Of a DNA stretch of 64,000 nt, positions 9,998 through 19,356 are shown one piece after another (positions within the stretch are counted from its first letter, which is position 1; the number at the start of each line of letters is the position of its first letter). Location of the stretch: NCBI GenBank assembly GCA_027623315.1, contig JAQBYD010000014.1:375-64374 (forward strand). Reading direction: 5' to 3'. The notes below the pieces were generated by a model. The model had not been told where the DNA came from. It made no database searches and saw only the letters and a program-made list of their open reading frames with translations. Made by a program: the position numbers and the translations under genes. Source of the stretch: Verrucomicrobiota bacterium. GTDB taxonomy: Bacteria; Verrucomicrobiota; Kiritimatiellia; CAJWTS01.

Positions 9998-11298
9998 GCG
10001 TCCACGGTTCTTTTCTCTGATCCGGGTTGGTTTTTGAGATGCTCACGAATGGCGGCGCAGAACGTCTCGCCGTAGCGCGCTAGTTTGGCTTGGCCGACTC
10101 CGCTGATTCCGGTCATATCGATCGTCGTCGTTGGAAAGACCTGGCACATCTGGTGAAGCGTCTTGTCCGAGAAAACCACGAACGGCGGCACGCCCTGCTC
10201 CACGGCAAGGCGCTTGCGCAATGTGCGAAGCGTCTCGAACAGGGCTTGATCGTACGGACCAGCGGCGGTCGATGGTTTGGGGCGTTTGCCCTCCTGTTTG
10301 CGCGTCTTGAGCACGTGAAGCTGGCGGCCGCCGAAGAGAACCTCCTTCGATTCGGGCTGGAGCTTGAGAACCGGGTAGTCGCCGGTTGTCTGCTCGATAA
10401 GTCCCTGCGCGAGCAAGTTGTCGATAATGAGTCGCCAGTGACGCTTGTCCCGGTCCCGCCCAACCCCAAAGGTCTTAATCTGGTCGTGCTCGAGTTGCCG
10501 GATGCGGTCGGAGCGCTCGCCGGTCACAACCGCGACAATGTGATGAACCCCAAAACGTTGATCGGTTCGGGCGATGGCCGACATCACGATCTGCGCGTCT
10601 TGTGTCGCATCGATGCTTTCGACCTCCCCGGCGCATATATCGCAGCAGGGGAGCGGCGGTGTTTGGCGTGGAAACGCCGAGGATGTGGAGTTCTCCATTT
10701 CAGGTTTCAGGTTTCCGCCCTCATCCCTCGCATCCGGATACACCTCGCCAAAGTAGCCGAGCAACTGCTTGCGTCTGCATGCGTGTACGGTGGCGTAGGT
10801 GACCATGTGGTTGAGGCACCGGACCTGGTGCGTGCGCTCGGACTCGTCTTCGGTTTGATCAATGAAGAAACGGATCTTAGGGATATCGCCGTAGCCGAAA
10901 AGAAGCAGGCAGTGGGCCGGTTCGCCATCGCGGCCGGAGCGTCCCGTCTCCTGGTAGTAGCCCTCGATGTTCTTGGGCAGGTCGCCATGCAGAACGTAGC
11001 GCACATTGGACTTGTCGATGCCCATGCCGAAGGCGATGGTCGCCACCATGACGTCGACCTGGTCCTTCATCAGCGAAATCAATGGGCTGATCACCATGCA
11101 GGTGCCATTCATCACGTGCGCCGGAAGCTGGTAACACAGCGACTTCCCGCCGCCGGTAGGCATGACGATGAAGGCATCCTGCCTCTCAACAATCGCCTGC
11201 ACGATCTCCTCTTGATTCGGCAGGAACGAATCGAAGCCGAACACGTCGCGCAGGACGCGGAGTATTGGTTCTTTCACCTGTTTCTCACCGTGGGTCAT
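9994..11298 (-). CDS. recQ: RecQ helicase with an in-frame internal deletion (motifs II-IV absent); may be a pseudogene
   Basis: MPTGGGKSLCYQLP and SPLISLMKDQVD are joined directly to VMVATIAFGMGIDK. YYQETGRSGRDG, the Zn Cys residues, RQC and HRDC (VPPFVVFSDKTL) are retained. No DEAH. Start uncertain (11316/11298/11277). Confidence 0.85.
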   Translation of the reverse strand: MTHGEKQVKEPILRVLRDVFGFDSFLPNQEEIVQAIVERQDAFIVMPTGGGKSLCYQLPAHVMNGTCMVISPLISLMKDQVDVMVATIAFGMGIDKSNVRYVLHGDLPKNIEGYYQETGRSGRDGEPAHCLLLFGYGDIPKIRFFIDQTEDESERTHQVRCLNHMVTYATVHACRRKQLLGYFGEVYPDARDEGGNLKPEMENSTSSAFPRQTPPLPCCDICAGEVESIDATQDAQIVMSAIARTDQRFGVHHIVAVVTGERSDRIRQLEHDQIKTFGVGRDRDKRHWRLIIDNLLAQGLIEQTTGDYPVLKLQPESKEVLFGGRQLHVLKTRKQEGKRPKPSTAAGPYDQALFETLRTLRKRLAVEQGVPPFVVFSDKTLHQMCQVFPTTTIDMTGISGVGQAKLARYGETFCAAIREHLKNQPGSEKRTVDA

Positions 11299-11401
11299 CG
11301 TCGGTGCATGGTCCACAACAGTTCTTCGCGAGTCAAGAACCGCGCCGTGGATGGCGTTGGCAGTCGCGCGGTTGGACCCCGGAAAGTGAGGCGTTTGCCA
11401 C

Positions 11402-12211
11402 CTATCTGCGTCGCAGCCAATGGGCGGCAGCGAAGCCTGTGGCCACGACGCCGGTGAGAATGCATGTGCTGTACTGGTGACCGTACGACACGGTGGGGTA
11501 GTGATTGCTGATCATGACGAAAACGAGCGGGATGGCCATGTAGCTGTTGTGTTTTGCTCGCAGGGGCGTCAGCGTGTTCACTTTTGGGTCCGGGTCACGA
11601 CCTTCGGCGAGCGCCTTCAATTTCTTGTTCTGCGCCGGAATGACCCCCATGACCACGTTGAAAGCCATGATCGTACCCAGGGCGGCGCCGATATGGAAGA
11701 ATGCCGACCGTGCGCTCTGCACATGCAGCAGACCGTAATGCGCGGCGGCCACGCCGATCAATCCGAGGGCGGCCATCACGACGCCGGATCGTGCGATCGG
11801 AGTGCGCAGGATGACGGAGTAGAGGAGGTATCCGCCGAAGATGACGCCGAGCCCGGAGATCGCGCCCGTGGCGTAGACCATCTCATCCATATCGATCAGG
11901 ATGCTTTCCTTATAGTAGATCATCCCCATCAAGATGGCCCCGCTGAGCCAGGTGATTATCGCCTCCCACTCGAACCAGTGCAGCCTGCCCGGCGTCGAGA
12001 CTGAAAACCCCTGTTTCTCGAGAAAGTAGTATCCGCTGCCGTGCACCATCCATAGCGAGCCGGAGACATCTTCAGCGTCCCCCTCGCGACGCACAATGTT
12101 GTGCTCGAAGAAGATAAAGAGGTAGGTCTGGCCGACCCAAAGAATTGCGGCGACCACATGGACCCAACGCACAATGGCCAGAATGGTGGACTGAATGTCG
12201 GATGCAGTCAT
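11402..12211 (-). CDS. PuuD-like (Urate_ox_N) membrane protein without the cytochrome c domain
   Basis: RWVHVVAAILWVG, LWMVHGSG, LHWFEWEA..TWLSG, GTIMAFNV, HNSYM, MISNHYP. No CxxCH. Confidence 0.8.
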   Translation of the reverse strand: MTASDIQSTILAIVRWVHVVAAILWVGQTYLFIFFEHNIVRREGDAEDVSGSLWMVHGSGYYFLEKQGFSVSTPGRLHWFEWEAIITWLSGAILMGMIYYKESILIDMDEMVYATGAISGLGVIFGGYLLYSVILRTPIARSGVVMAALGLIGVAAAHYGLLHVQSARSAFFHIGAALGTIMAFNVVMGVIPAQNKKLKALAEGRDPDPKVNTLTPLRAKHNSYMAIPLVFVMISNHYPTVSYGHQYSTCILTGVVATGFAAAHWLRRR

Positions 12212-12673
12212 CGCTATTAATTCGCGGCCCCGTAACGGCGCTCCCCCCTGATGAATCGCTCATTGTATTCGCACCACCCTGGAATGCAAGTGAGCATGCG
12301 CAGCTCCGGATACATCTATGCTGCTTGCACGCGACCTACGCTCCGGGGCCGGCCTGCTCATGCAGGGCCTCGATCAGGCGCATCACGTACCAGTACAGGT
12401 GAGACGCCGCTTCTACTCTTGGCCATCAAGTTTCCGCATGGCTCAGCCAACCCAGGCAACTGATCACGAATCGCCATAGTCTTGGGAAACGAGAAAATCA
12501 GCAACCGACAGGCCCGCCAACCCGCCACTCGACTTATTTCGCGCCCCGGGTAATATCAGGTTCATGCGCGTTCCTTCGCTGCAGTACCCGGAGCACAATC
12601 AGTATGCTCATACCACTCGAATCGGCCACGCCGTTCTGGCAATGCCGCCAGATTTCAGTGAAGGGAAATTCTC

Positions 12674-13456
12674 GTGAGTAGTGAGTTCTTGAAGGTCGCG
12701 AGCAGGGCAGCCGAAGATGCCGGTGCTGTGCTGTTGGAGTGGTTTCAGGGCCCGCCCGTGAGCTCCACGGACAAGGGCTCGTCGATCGTGACTGAGGTGG
12801 ACCTGGCCGCGGATAGAGTGATCGCGGACCACCTCCGAAGGGCGTTTCCGGAGCACAGAATCTTTTCGGAAGAATCGGATGACAAGGATTACGACAGCGA
12901 GTTCGTCTGGGTCGTGGATCCTCTCGATGGGACGACCAACTTCGTTCATCGCGTTGCCCGTTTCTGCACGTCGATTGGGCTGCTGCAAAACGGAAAACCG
13001 ATCCTCGGGGTTGGCTATGAGCCGATGTTGCAAGAATTCTTCGCCGCTGAGGTCGGAAGCGGTGCCACACGGAATGGTGAACGAATCGTCCCCAGCAATC
13101 GGGATGACATCAGTCGAGCCGTGGTTCATATTGGACGCGGGTCCGGGAGCGAAGCGGCTGAGCGATTTGGAGAGCTGTTACCGCCGATCAATCGCACCGT
13201 GCGAACGCTTCGCGCCACCGGTGCCACGGCCCTGGCCCTGTGCTACACGGCCTGCGGAAGATTCGATGCCCACATTGGCTCTCACACTTTTCTCTACGAC
13301 GGCGTGGCGGGTGCGATCATCGCGCGTGAGGCGGGCGCCGCTGTATCGAATTTCTCGGGCGATGAGTGGAACCCACCCGTCGGGGGTCATGCTGATCTCC
13401 TGATCAGTAGCCCAAGATTGCATGGCCAGTTTCTTGATCTATTGAATGGGGTGTAG
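12674..13456 (+). CDS. Inositol monophosphatase family protein
   Basis: IVTEVD, FSEE, WVVDPLDGTTNF, and YDGVAG in place of the usual WD motif. Confidence 0.9.
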   Translation: MSSEFLKVASRAAEDAGAVLLEWFQGPPVSSTDKGSSIVTEVDLAADRVIADHLRRAFPEHRIFSEESDDKDYDSEFVWVVDPLDGTTNFVHRVARFCTSIGLLQNGKPILGVGYEPMLQEFFAAEVGSGATRNGERIVPSNRDDISRAVVHIGRGSGSEAAERFGELLPPINRTVRTLRATGATALALCYTACGRFDAHIGSHTFLYDGVAGAIIAREAGAAVSNFSGDEWNPPVGGHADLLISSPRLHGQFLDLLNGV

Positions 13457-13535
13457 AGCTACTCGGGTGCAGTTTGCTATTGCTTTCAGCACCGATTTTT
13501 TGCATACATCTCGCCTTCGACGGTCGCGAAGAGAC

Positions 13536-14969
13536 ATGAAAATAAACCCATTCATTTTCCGAAACTACGATATTCGCGGTAAGGCCGGCGAAGACCTTGA
13601 CGCCGATAAAGTGGAAGCTCTAGGCAAGGCCTATGGCACATTCCTGCGAAAGCGCAAGATCCGCCAGGCTGTGGTGGGGCGTGACTGCCGTCTCACTGGC
13701 GAGGAATATCAACAAGCCCTGATGCGTGGCATGCTGGCCATGGGAATCGACATCATTGACCTGGGCCAAATCATGACCCAGATGATGTACTTCTCACAGT
13801 ATCGCTTCCAAACCAATGGTGGCGTGATGGTGACCGCATCTCACAACCCGTCGAACTTCAACGGCTTTAAGATTGGAATCGGATATTCCAAGACGACCGA
13901 GGAAGAGGAGGTGCAGGAGCTCCTTCGTCTGATCCAGACAGAAGAGTGGTTCGAGTCGGACTACGAGGGATCGGTTGTCCAGGAGGATGTGTCGGAGGAT
14001 TACTACCACGATGTGCTGAAACGCGTTCGCCTGAAGAAGACGTTCAAGGTAGTTTTTGATCCGCGGCACGGAACGAGCGGTCCTTTCATGATGGAGATCC
14101 TGAAGCGGGCGGGCATTGAGGTGATCGGCAAAAACCTCGAAGTCGACGGCAGTTTTCCCGAGGGAACACCGGACCCGACTGACGCTCACGTCATGGGGCA
14201 GCTCCGCGAAGCCGTTCTGGCCGAGAAGGCAGATATTGGATTCGCCATGGACGGCGACGGGGACCGTGTCGGCGTCGTCGACGGCGACGGTAACATTCTG
14301 TGGAATGACGTGCTCGTCGCCATTTTCGCCAAGGAGATCCTGGAGCGATTTCCGGGGTCGAAGATCATCTACAACACCCTCTGTTCTCAGGTCGTGCCAG
14401 CCGTAGTTGAAGAGTGCGGCGGCATACCGATCATCTGGAAAACCGGGCATGCCTTCATCAAGTCGAAGATCTCCGAGGTGGGCGCGGCCTTTGGCGGCGA
14501 GCTGTCGGGCCATTTCTTCTTCAACGACAACGCCTACGGTCACGACGATGGGAGTTACGCGATCCTGCGCATCCTGGAGTACTTGTCTGAAAAGAACGTT
14601 GGGCTCAGCGAGCTTTACGCCAGTTTCCCGAAATTCATCTCGTCTCCGGAGATCAAGATCGGCTGCGCTGATGACAAGAAAATTGGCGTCGTGGAAGATC
14701 TGTCGAAAAAGTTTAAAGCAGACTTTCCCGCGGCAAAGATCACAGACAGCTCAGTGATTCCCGGCGATGATGGCGTCCGCGCCGATTTCGACAACGGCAT
14801 GGTCGTCTTCCGCTATTCGCAGAACGGCCCCTACATCACGGTCCGCTTCGAGGCGACGGACCAGGCGACATACGACCAGCGAAAGGTCTACGTTCGTGAG
14901 ATGTTGGAGAGCTACCCCGATGTCGTCTGGGAAGACGAACTCGTCGTTAATCTCGACGCACTGACGTAG
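13536..14969 (+). CDS. Phosphomannomutase/phosphoglucomutase
   Basis: IFRNYDIRG, VTASHNP, DGDGDR, GGELSGH. Confidence 0.93.
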   Translation: MKINPFIFRNYDIRGKAGEDLDADKVEALGKAYGTFLRKRKIRQAVVGRDCRLTGEEYQQALMRGMLAMGIDIIDLGQIMTQMMYFSQYRFQTNGGVMVTASHNPSNFNGFKIGIGYSKTTEEEEVQELLRLIQTEEWFESDYEGSVVQEDVSEDYYHDVLKRVRLKKTFKVVFDPRHGTSGPFMMEILKRAGIEVIGKNLEVDGSFPEGTPDPTDAHVMGQLREAVLAEKADIGFAMDGDGDRVGVVDGDGNILWNDVLVAIFAKEILERFPGSKIIYNTLCSQVVPAVVEECGGIPIIWKTGHAFIKSKISEVGAAFGGELSGHFFFNDNAYGHDDGSYAILRILEYLSEKNVGLSELYASFPKFISSPEIKIGCADDKKIGVVEDLSKKFKADFPAAKITDSSVIPGDDGVRADFDNGMVVFRYSQNGPYITVRFEATDQATYDQRKVYVREMLESYPDVVWEDELVVNLDALT

Positions 14970-15017
14970 CCTCGTAGGCTTGCTTCCCCGTTCCGGAATT
15001 CGGAAGTTTCATCTGCC

Positions 15018-15365
15018 TCAAAACGGCCCTGTTAGATGTTCTTCGCGAATCTCGTTCCTGAAGATCCGGCAAGGCCAGCGGCAATAGGGGCACACTCCGG
15101 CGAGCGGGGTGCGGAGGCAACCACCGATGACGACTTCTCCGCGCTCAGCTCTCTTTATCGTGTGCGACGTAGGGTATCCATAAATCACGGGCAGCGTGTT
15201 TTCGGAGATTCCTCGCAACCGCAACGGACAGAACTTCAATCCGATGTGGATAACGGAACTGACGATTGCGAAAATGAGAAGAGCGGCGAGCAGCGAACAG
15301 AACAGGCGTGCAATTCGTACCATCCCCACAATGATCCGAAGCTTCTGAAGTAACGAGGGGGGCAC
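15018..15365 (-). CDS. Small membrane-anchored hypothetical protein with a Cys cluster
   Basis: Hydrophobic N-terminal segment, then VIYGYP...AERGEVVIGGC...CPYC, a pattern seen in small putative Zn-binding hypotheticals. Confidence 0.55.
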   Translation of the reverse strand: MPPSLLQKLRIIVGMVRIARLFCSLLAALLIFAIVSSVIHIGLKFCPLRLRGISENTLPVIYGYPTSHTIKRAERGEVVIGGCLRTPLAGVCPYCRWPCRIFRNEIREEHLTGPF

Positions 15366-15367
15366 GG

Positions 15368-15475
15368 CTACTCTATTAGAATCTCTCGCGGCTCACTCCC
15401 CCTGGGCGGCCCGGCGATGCCGCGCGCTTCGAGAATATCCATGATTCGTGCGGCTCGCATGTAGCCGATCCGCAT
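15368..15475 (-). pseudogene. Orphan 3' fragment encoding the C-terminal part of an FtsK gamma domain
   Basis: My translation: MRIGYMRAARIMDILEARGIAGPPRGSEPREILIE*, matching the FtsK-gamma consensus RIGYNRAAR..D.LE..G..GP..GS.PRE.L. An in-frame TGA lies 16 codons upstream. Confidence 0.8.
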
Positions 15476-15768
15476 CCGGGCTAGCTGGATAGGTGAAATC
15501 GCAGAGTACAGGTCGGTGCCTCATCGGGAAGACGTTAGTTTGCTTTGCCATCGGTGATGCGCTTGGCGCTTGCGAGAAAGTGCGTGTGTACGGTCATGCG
15601 AATGGTGTAAACTTCTGGTCTAACGGTGCAACGGTGTCGTCGCCGCGTCAGCACCGGCAGCTGCTGAGCTGGTGGTGGTTCGGCAGGTGGTCACAATCTT
15701 ACCCCCTGGTGCATAGAAAGGGCATTGCCAAGTAGAAGAAGCTTGGGTTCGCCTCGATACTCACGTTT

Positions 15769-17073
15769 GTGTTGGCCCTTGTGTCGCAGGGGGTCGAGCC
15801 CGCGTCGAGCACTCCATCCTACTGGCCGACGTGGCGCGGCCCGCTGGCGACCGGGGAGGCCCCGGACGCCGATCCGCCCGTCACGTGGAGCGAGACACAG
15901 AACATCCGATGGAAGGTCGAGGTCCCCGGGCGGGGGCACGCCAGCCCGGTGGTGTGGGGCGAGCTGGTTTTCGTGCTCACGGCCGTACCGACCGATAGGG
16001 ATGCGGAGACCGCCGCGGCATCCGTCGATGTCCCTGAGCGGATGCGGGATATGCTGGTCAGCTCCGCGAAGATTCAGCGGTTTGTGATTCTTGCATACCA
16101 GCGCAAGGACGGCGCAGTGCGGTGGGAGCGCACGCTGCATGAGGCGGCTCCACATCAAGGGACACACCGCGACGGCAGCTGGGCTTCGGCTTCGCCGGTC
16201 ACCGATGGCAAGCACCTCTTCGTCTCTTTCGGATCCCAGGGGCTCTTCTGCCTGGATATGGACGGCACGACCGTCTGGTCCAAGGACCTCGGCGATATGA
16301 CCGTCAAGATGAACTTCGGCGAGGGCAGCTCGCCTGCCCTGTGCGGCGAGTCTATTGTCGTAAACTGGGACCATGAGGGGGATTCGTTCATCGCGGCCCT
16401 GTCCAAGCAGACCGGCGAAGAGCTGTGGCGGACTCCGCGTGACGAGATCACGTCCTGGGCCACGCCGCTTGTCGTGGAGCATGCCGGCAAGACGCAAGTC
16501 ATCGTGAGCGCGACGGGCCGCGTGCGTGGATATGACGCCGCCGACGGCCATGTGCTGTGGGAGTGCAGCGGCATGACGGCAAACGTGATTCCATCGCCCG
16601 TGTTCGCAGATGGAACGGTCTACGTCATGAGCGGGTTCCGTGGCAACGCCCTGCTCGCGATCCGTCTGGACGCGGCCACGGGAGATATCACAGGTTCCAA
16701 GGAGGCGGTCGTCTGGCGCCACAACAAGCACACGCCCTACGTGCCCTCGCCCTTGCTCTACCGCGACAGTCTCTATTTTGTCGACAGCAATCGTGAACGT
16801 CTCTCCTGCTTCGACGCGAAGACCGGCGCGGTGCACTTCGGTCCGGCTGAGATCGATGGACTCAAGGGGGTCTACGCATCGCCGCTGGGCGCCGCTGGGC
16901 GTGTGTACGTTGTCGGTAGAAACGGTGTCACGGCGGTCCTCAAGCATGGGACGACACTCGAGTTGCTGGCCGTGAACACGCTGGACACGAGCATCGACGC
17001 CTCACCTGCGGCGGTCGGCAAGGAACTCTACCTTCGCAGCATATCGCACCTTTATTGCATCGCCGCCGAGTAA
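15769..17073 (+). CDS. PQQ-binding-like beta-propeller (BamB-like) exported protein
   Basis: WPTWRGP..TG, NIRWK...PGRGHASPVVWG, repeated SP/W-docking motifs, LYLRS...LYCI. The 5' end looks disrupted (see findings). Confidence 0.88.
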   Translation: MLALVSQGVEPASSTPSYWPTWRGPLATGEAPDADPPVTWSETQNIRWKVEVPGRGHASPVVWGELVFVLTAVPTDRDAETAAASVDVPERMRDMLVSSAKIQRFVILAYQRKDGAVRWERTLHEAAPHQGTHRDGSWASASPVTDGKHLFVSFGSQGLFCLDMDGTTVWSKDLGDMTVKMNFGEGSSPALCGESIVVNWDHEGDSFIAALSKQTGEELWRTPRDEITSWATPLVVEHAGKTQVIVSATGRVRGYDAADGHVLWECSGMTANVIPSPVFADGTVYVMSGFRGNALLAIRLDAATGDITGSKEAVVWRHNKHTPYVPSPLLYRDSLYFVDSNRERLSCFDAKTGAVHFGPAEIDGLKGVYASPLGAAGRVYVVGRNGVTAVLKHGTTLELLAVNTLDTSIDASPAAVGKELYLRSISHLYCIAAE

Positions 17074-17183
17074 CACGGTCGAGAGGCGCAGCGCAGCGGG
17101 TACGCATTATGACAGCCGGACGCAGGGGGCAACGCAAGAATCGGAAGGTTTGCCTGCAACCGCAATGGCGGAAAAGAGATTTG

Positions 17184-17212
17184 ACCAGCCCTGACGCATG
17201 AGTCAGGGCTGG
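17184..17212. repeat. GC-rich hairpin (REP-like or terminator)
   Basis: CCAGCCCTGAC-gcatga-GTCAGGGCTGG perfect stem downstream of the propeller gene. Confidence 0.5.
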
Positions 17213-17505
17213 CAAGCAGAAAGATCATTCTATCGCCTCCCCACTCGTTAGTTGGAGCATTGCCGACAGTGGGGCCGTCACGGGAGCACGCCGAGGCGGC
17301 ACTCTACACAGATCGTCCCCGCGCCTTTCATTTCGAAGACCGTATCCTCACAAGACACTTATCATGTCGTAACCGGTGCGCTAGACTCTCTTGTGTAATA
17401 TAGATGACTGGCAGACCAAGACCACGCCCGAGCAGCGCGAGGCGGTCTCCGCGATGCTTCCGGAAGACAATCGTTACCTCGTCGAGTACTGAACTAGAAG
17501 CGGCG

Positions 17506-17703
17506 TCCACGCGAATGCAGACAGAGATGGAACCTCGGATTGCGCGGATGGCGTGAGCCACGTTGTGGTGAAAGTGTGACAACGCTGACACGGGCTACGC
17601 CAGTCACGTGGGCGCGGATTACTGCCGAGTTACACTGCCCATGTCGAAAGCATCCGCGCACATCCGCGTTATCCGCGGTCTCTCCTCTCTTCATTCGTGT
17701 AGA
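17506..17703. repeat. Nonamer-based dispersed repeat element, copy 1
   Basis: 17506-17534 is the exact reverse complement of 24796-24824 (29 nt). ATCCGCG units at about 17652-17677. Confidence 0.8.
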
Positions 17704-17796
17704 CCCGCCTGCCCCACGTGCGGCAAGGCTCCGCCGCGCCCGCGCGGGGCGGGCAGGTTCGGGTGATTCGTCGGCCCAAATCCGGGAAGTTTCAGC

Positions 17797-18987
17797 TCAG
17801 AGCTTCGACTCGTCATACTGCGGCGTGCCACCGACCCCGAACATGTCGCGCTTGAGCTTGAGATAGACCTTGTAGTTCTCGAGCGATACGTTGGCCGGCA
17901 CCCGGTGGTCCACGCCGGGCAGGAAGCCACCCTCTTTTACGAACGGGAGCAGGCGTTCCAGTTCGGTGCGAATGGCGTCCGGCCCTTTAGCCAACTCCAT
18001 CTTGCAGACGCCGCCCTGCATCAGGATGCCCGGCCAGCGCTTTCGCATCTCAACCGGATCGCTGCCGGCATGCACCTCGACCGGGAACATGCAGTTGAGT
18101 CCGCCGGCAAGGAAGCTGTCGATCACCGGCAGGATGTTGCCGTCGGTATCGGTCCATGCCACCTGGCATCCATGCTTGCGCAGCAGGTCGGTAATGCGCT
18201 TGTAGCGCGGCGCGACGATGTCACGCATGAAATCGACACCGACGATCGGACCTGAATTGAAACAGATGTCCTCCCACCCTGAGCCGAAGTCGAACTCGAC
18301 GTCGCACACGACCCGTTCGAGTGTCGAACACGCAAGCGTGCAGAGGGTCTCGACGATTTCTTCAAGAAGTTCCGGATCGTCGTAGATCATCATGGCGATG
18401 TTCTCGAATCCGATCCAGTTGCGCGGGACTCCGATCATGGATCCGATCCCAACGGCCAGCGGGTAGTCCCGGTTGTTGTACGTCTTCGCAAGCTCAGGCC
18501 AGTTGGCCGGTACGCGGTCGGCCGTGGGCTGCAATTTTTCTTTGTATTCCTCCCATGTGGCGCGGTCCTTAAGGTAGAAGGAGAGGTGTTGTGGAATCGA
18601 CTTGATACCCTTCTTGTTGATGCGCGCGATGCTACCGGTGTCGTCCTGGTACGTTTGGTAGTCATCGTCCTCCTCAAGCACTTTGTATTCGAAGCCCGGG
18701 CGCATCCCCATGACGTCGACCGGAACCGTATGCCAGGTCTCAATACCGAAGTAGGCGTAGGCCGACCCCTCATCGGCGATCTCCGGAGGCAGTCCCTGTT
18801 CGTGCCAGGTGGGCAGCGTCTCCTCCCAGTATCCAAACTCGAAATTGGGAATGCGGTCGACACGTTGAAAGAACATGGTGCGTCGCCACCGTTCGCGCAA
18901 GGTGGGGCCTTGCGCCTCCGGTGTCGCGCTCAGGGTGTCCGCATCAACGTCCCGGTTCACCAATTCCTGCATCTCTTCGTAATCCAT
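17797..18987 (-). CDS. Uroporphyrinogen decarboxylase (URO-D/MtaA-CmuA-like) family protein
   Basis: RERWRRTM..Q.VDRIP; WEDICFNSGP; DTDGN; GGFLPGVDHRVP..VSLENY. Confidence 0.85.
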   Translation of the reverse strand: MDYEEMQELVNRDVDADTLSATPEAQGPTLRERWRRTMFFQRVDRIPNFEFGYWEETLPTWHEQGLPPEIADEGSAYAYFGIETWHTVPVDVMGMRPGFEYKVLEEDDDYQTYQDDTGSIARINKKGIKSIPQHLSFYLKDRATWEEYKEKLQPTADRVPANWPELAKTYNNRDYPLAVGIGSMIGVPRNWIGFENIAMMIYDDPELLEEIVETLCTLACSTLERVVCDVEFDFGSGWEDICFNSGPIVGVDFMRDIVAPRYKRITDLLRKHGCQVAWTDTDGNILPVIDSFLAGGLNCMFPVEVHAGSDPVEMRKRWPGILMQGGVCKMELAKGPDAIRTELERLLPFVKEGGFLPGVDHRVPANVSLENYKVYLKLKRDMFGVGGTPQYDESKL

Positions 18988-19005
18988 GATCGAACTTCCT
19001 TTTTG

Positions 19006-19356
19006 TTAATACTCTCCGCACCACCCGAGCCTACCGGGCAGAGCCCGGGCATCGGATTCGGTCTTCCACAGATCGTCGAACGGCATGTCGATCCCCATGC
19101 AGAAGATCTGCGAATTGACGGCGTCAATGCCGATTTCGACCAGGTCCGGATAGATCTCCAGAATGTGGCCGTCGGAGTGCATGAAGATCTTCTCCGTGTC
19201 GCGGTCCCAGTCGGGTGGAAAGTCGCGGTGCAGGGCCGCCAGTTCATCCGGATGGTTGATCTCCGCGATCGGCAGGGCCCAGAGTTGTCGCGGCGGGCGT
19301 GACGGCGAGCGGAATTCGAGCGTCTCGTAAACGAGTTCTCGTGGCGTGCTGCTCAT
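19006..19356 (-). pseudogene. Internally deleted URO-D-family minigene (116 aa)
   Basis: URO-D-like N-terminus (PRELVYETLEFRSPSRPPRQLW) jumps after about 55 aa to KIFMHSDGHILEIYPDLVEIGIDAVNSQ. ATGA overlap with the upstream gene. Confidence 0.75.

Noticed and set aside
3833..11298. Three adjacent SF2 helicases as an anti-phage defence system
   Set aside because: rapA converges on the other two and is a housekeeping gene. No nuclease, methylase or effector is adjacent.
15733..15735. TAG recoding (pyrrolysine), suggested by an in-frame TAG near methyltransferase-like genes
   Set aside because: TAG is the normal stop of gap, PMM and tpiA here, no pyl genes are present, and the URO-D-like genes have no internal TAG.
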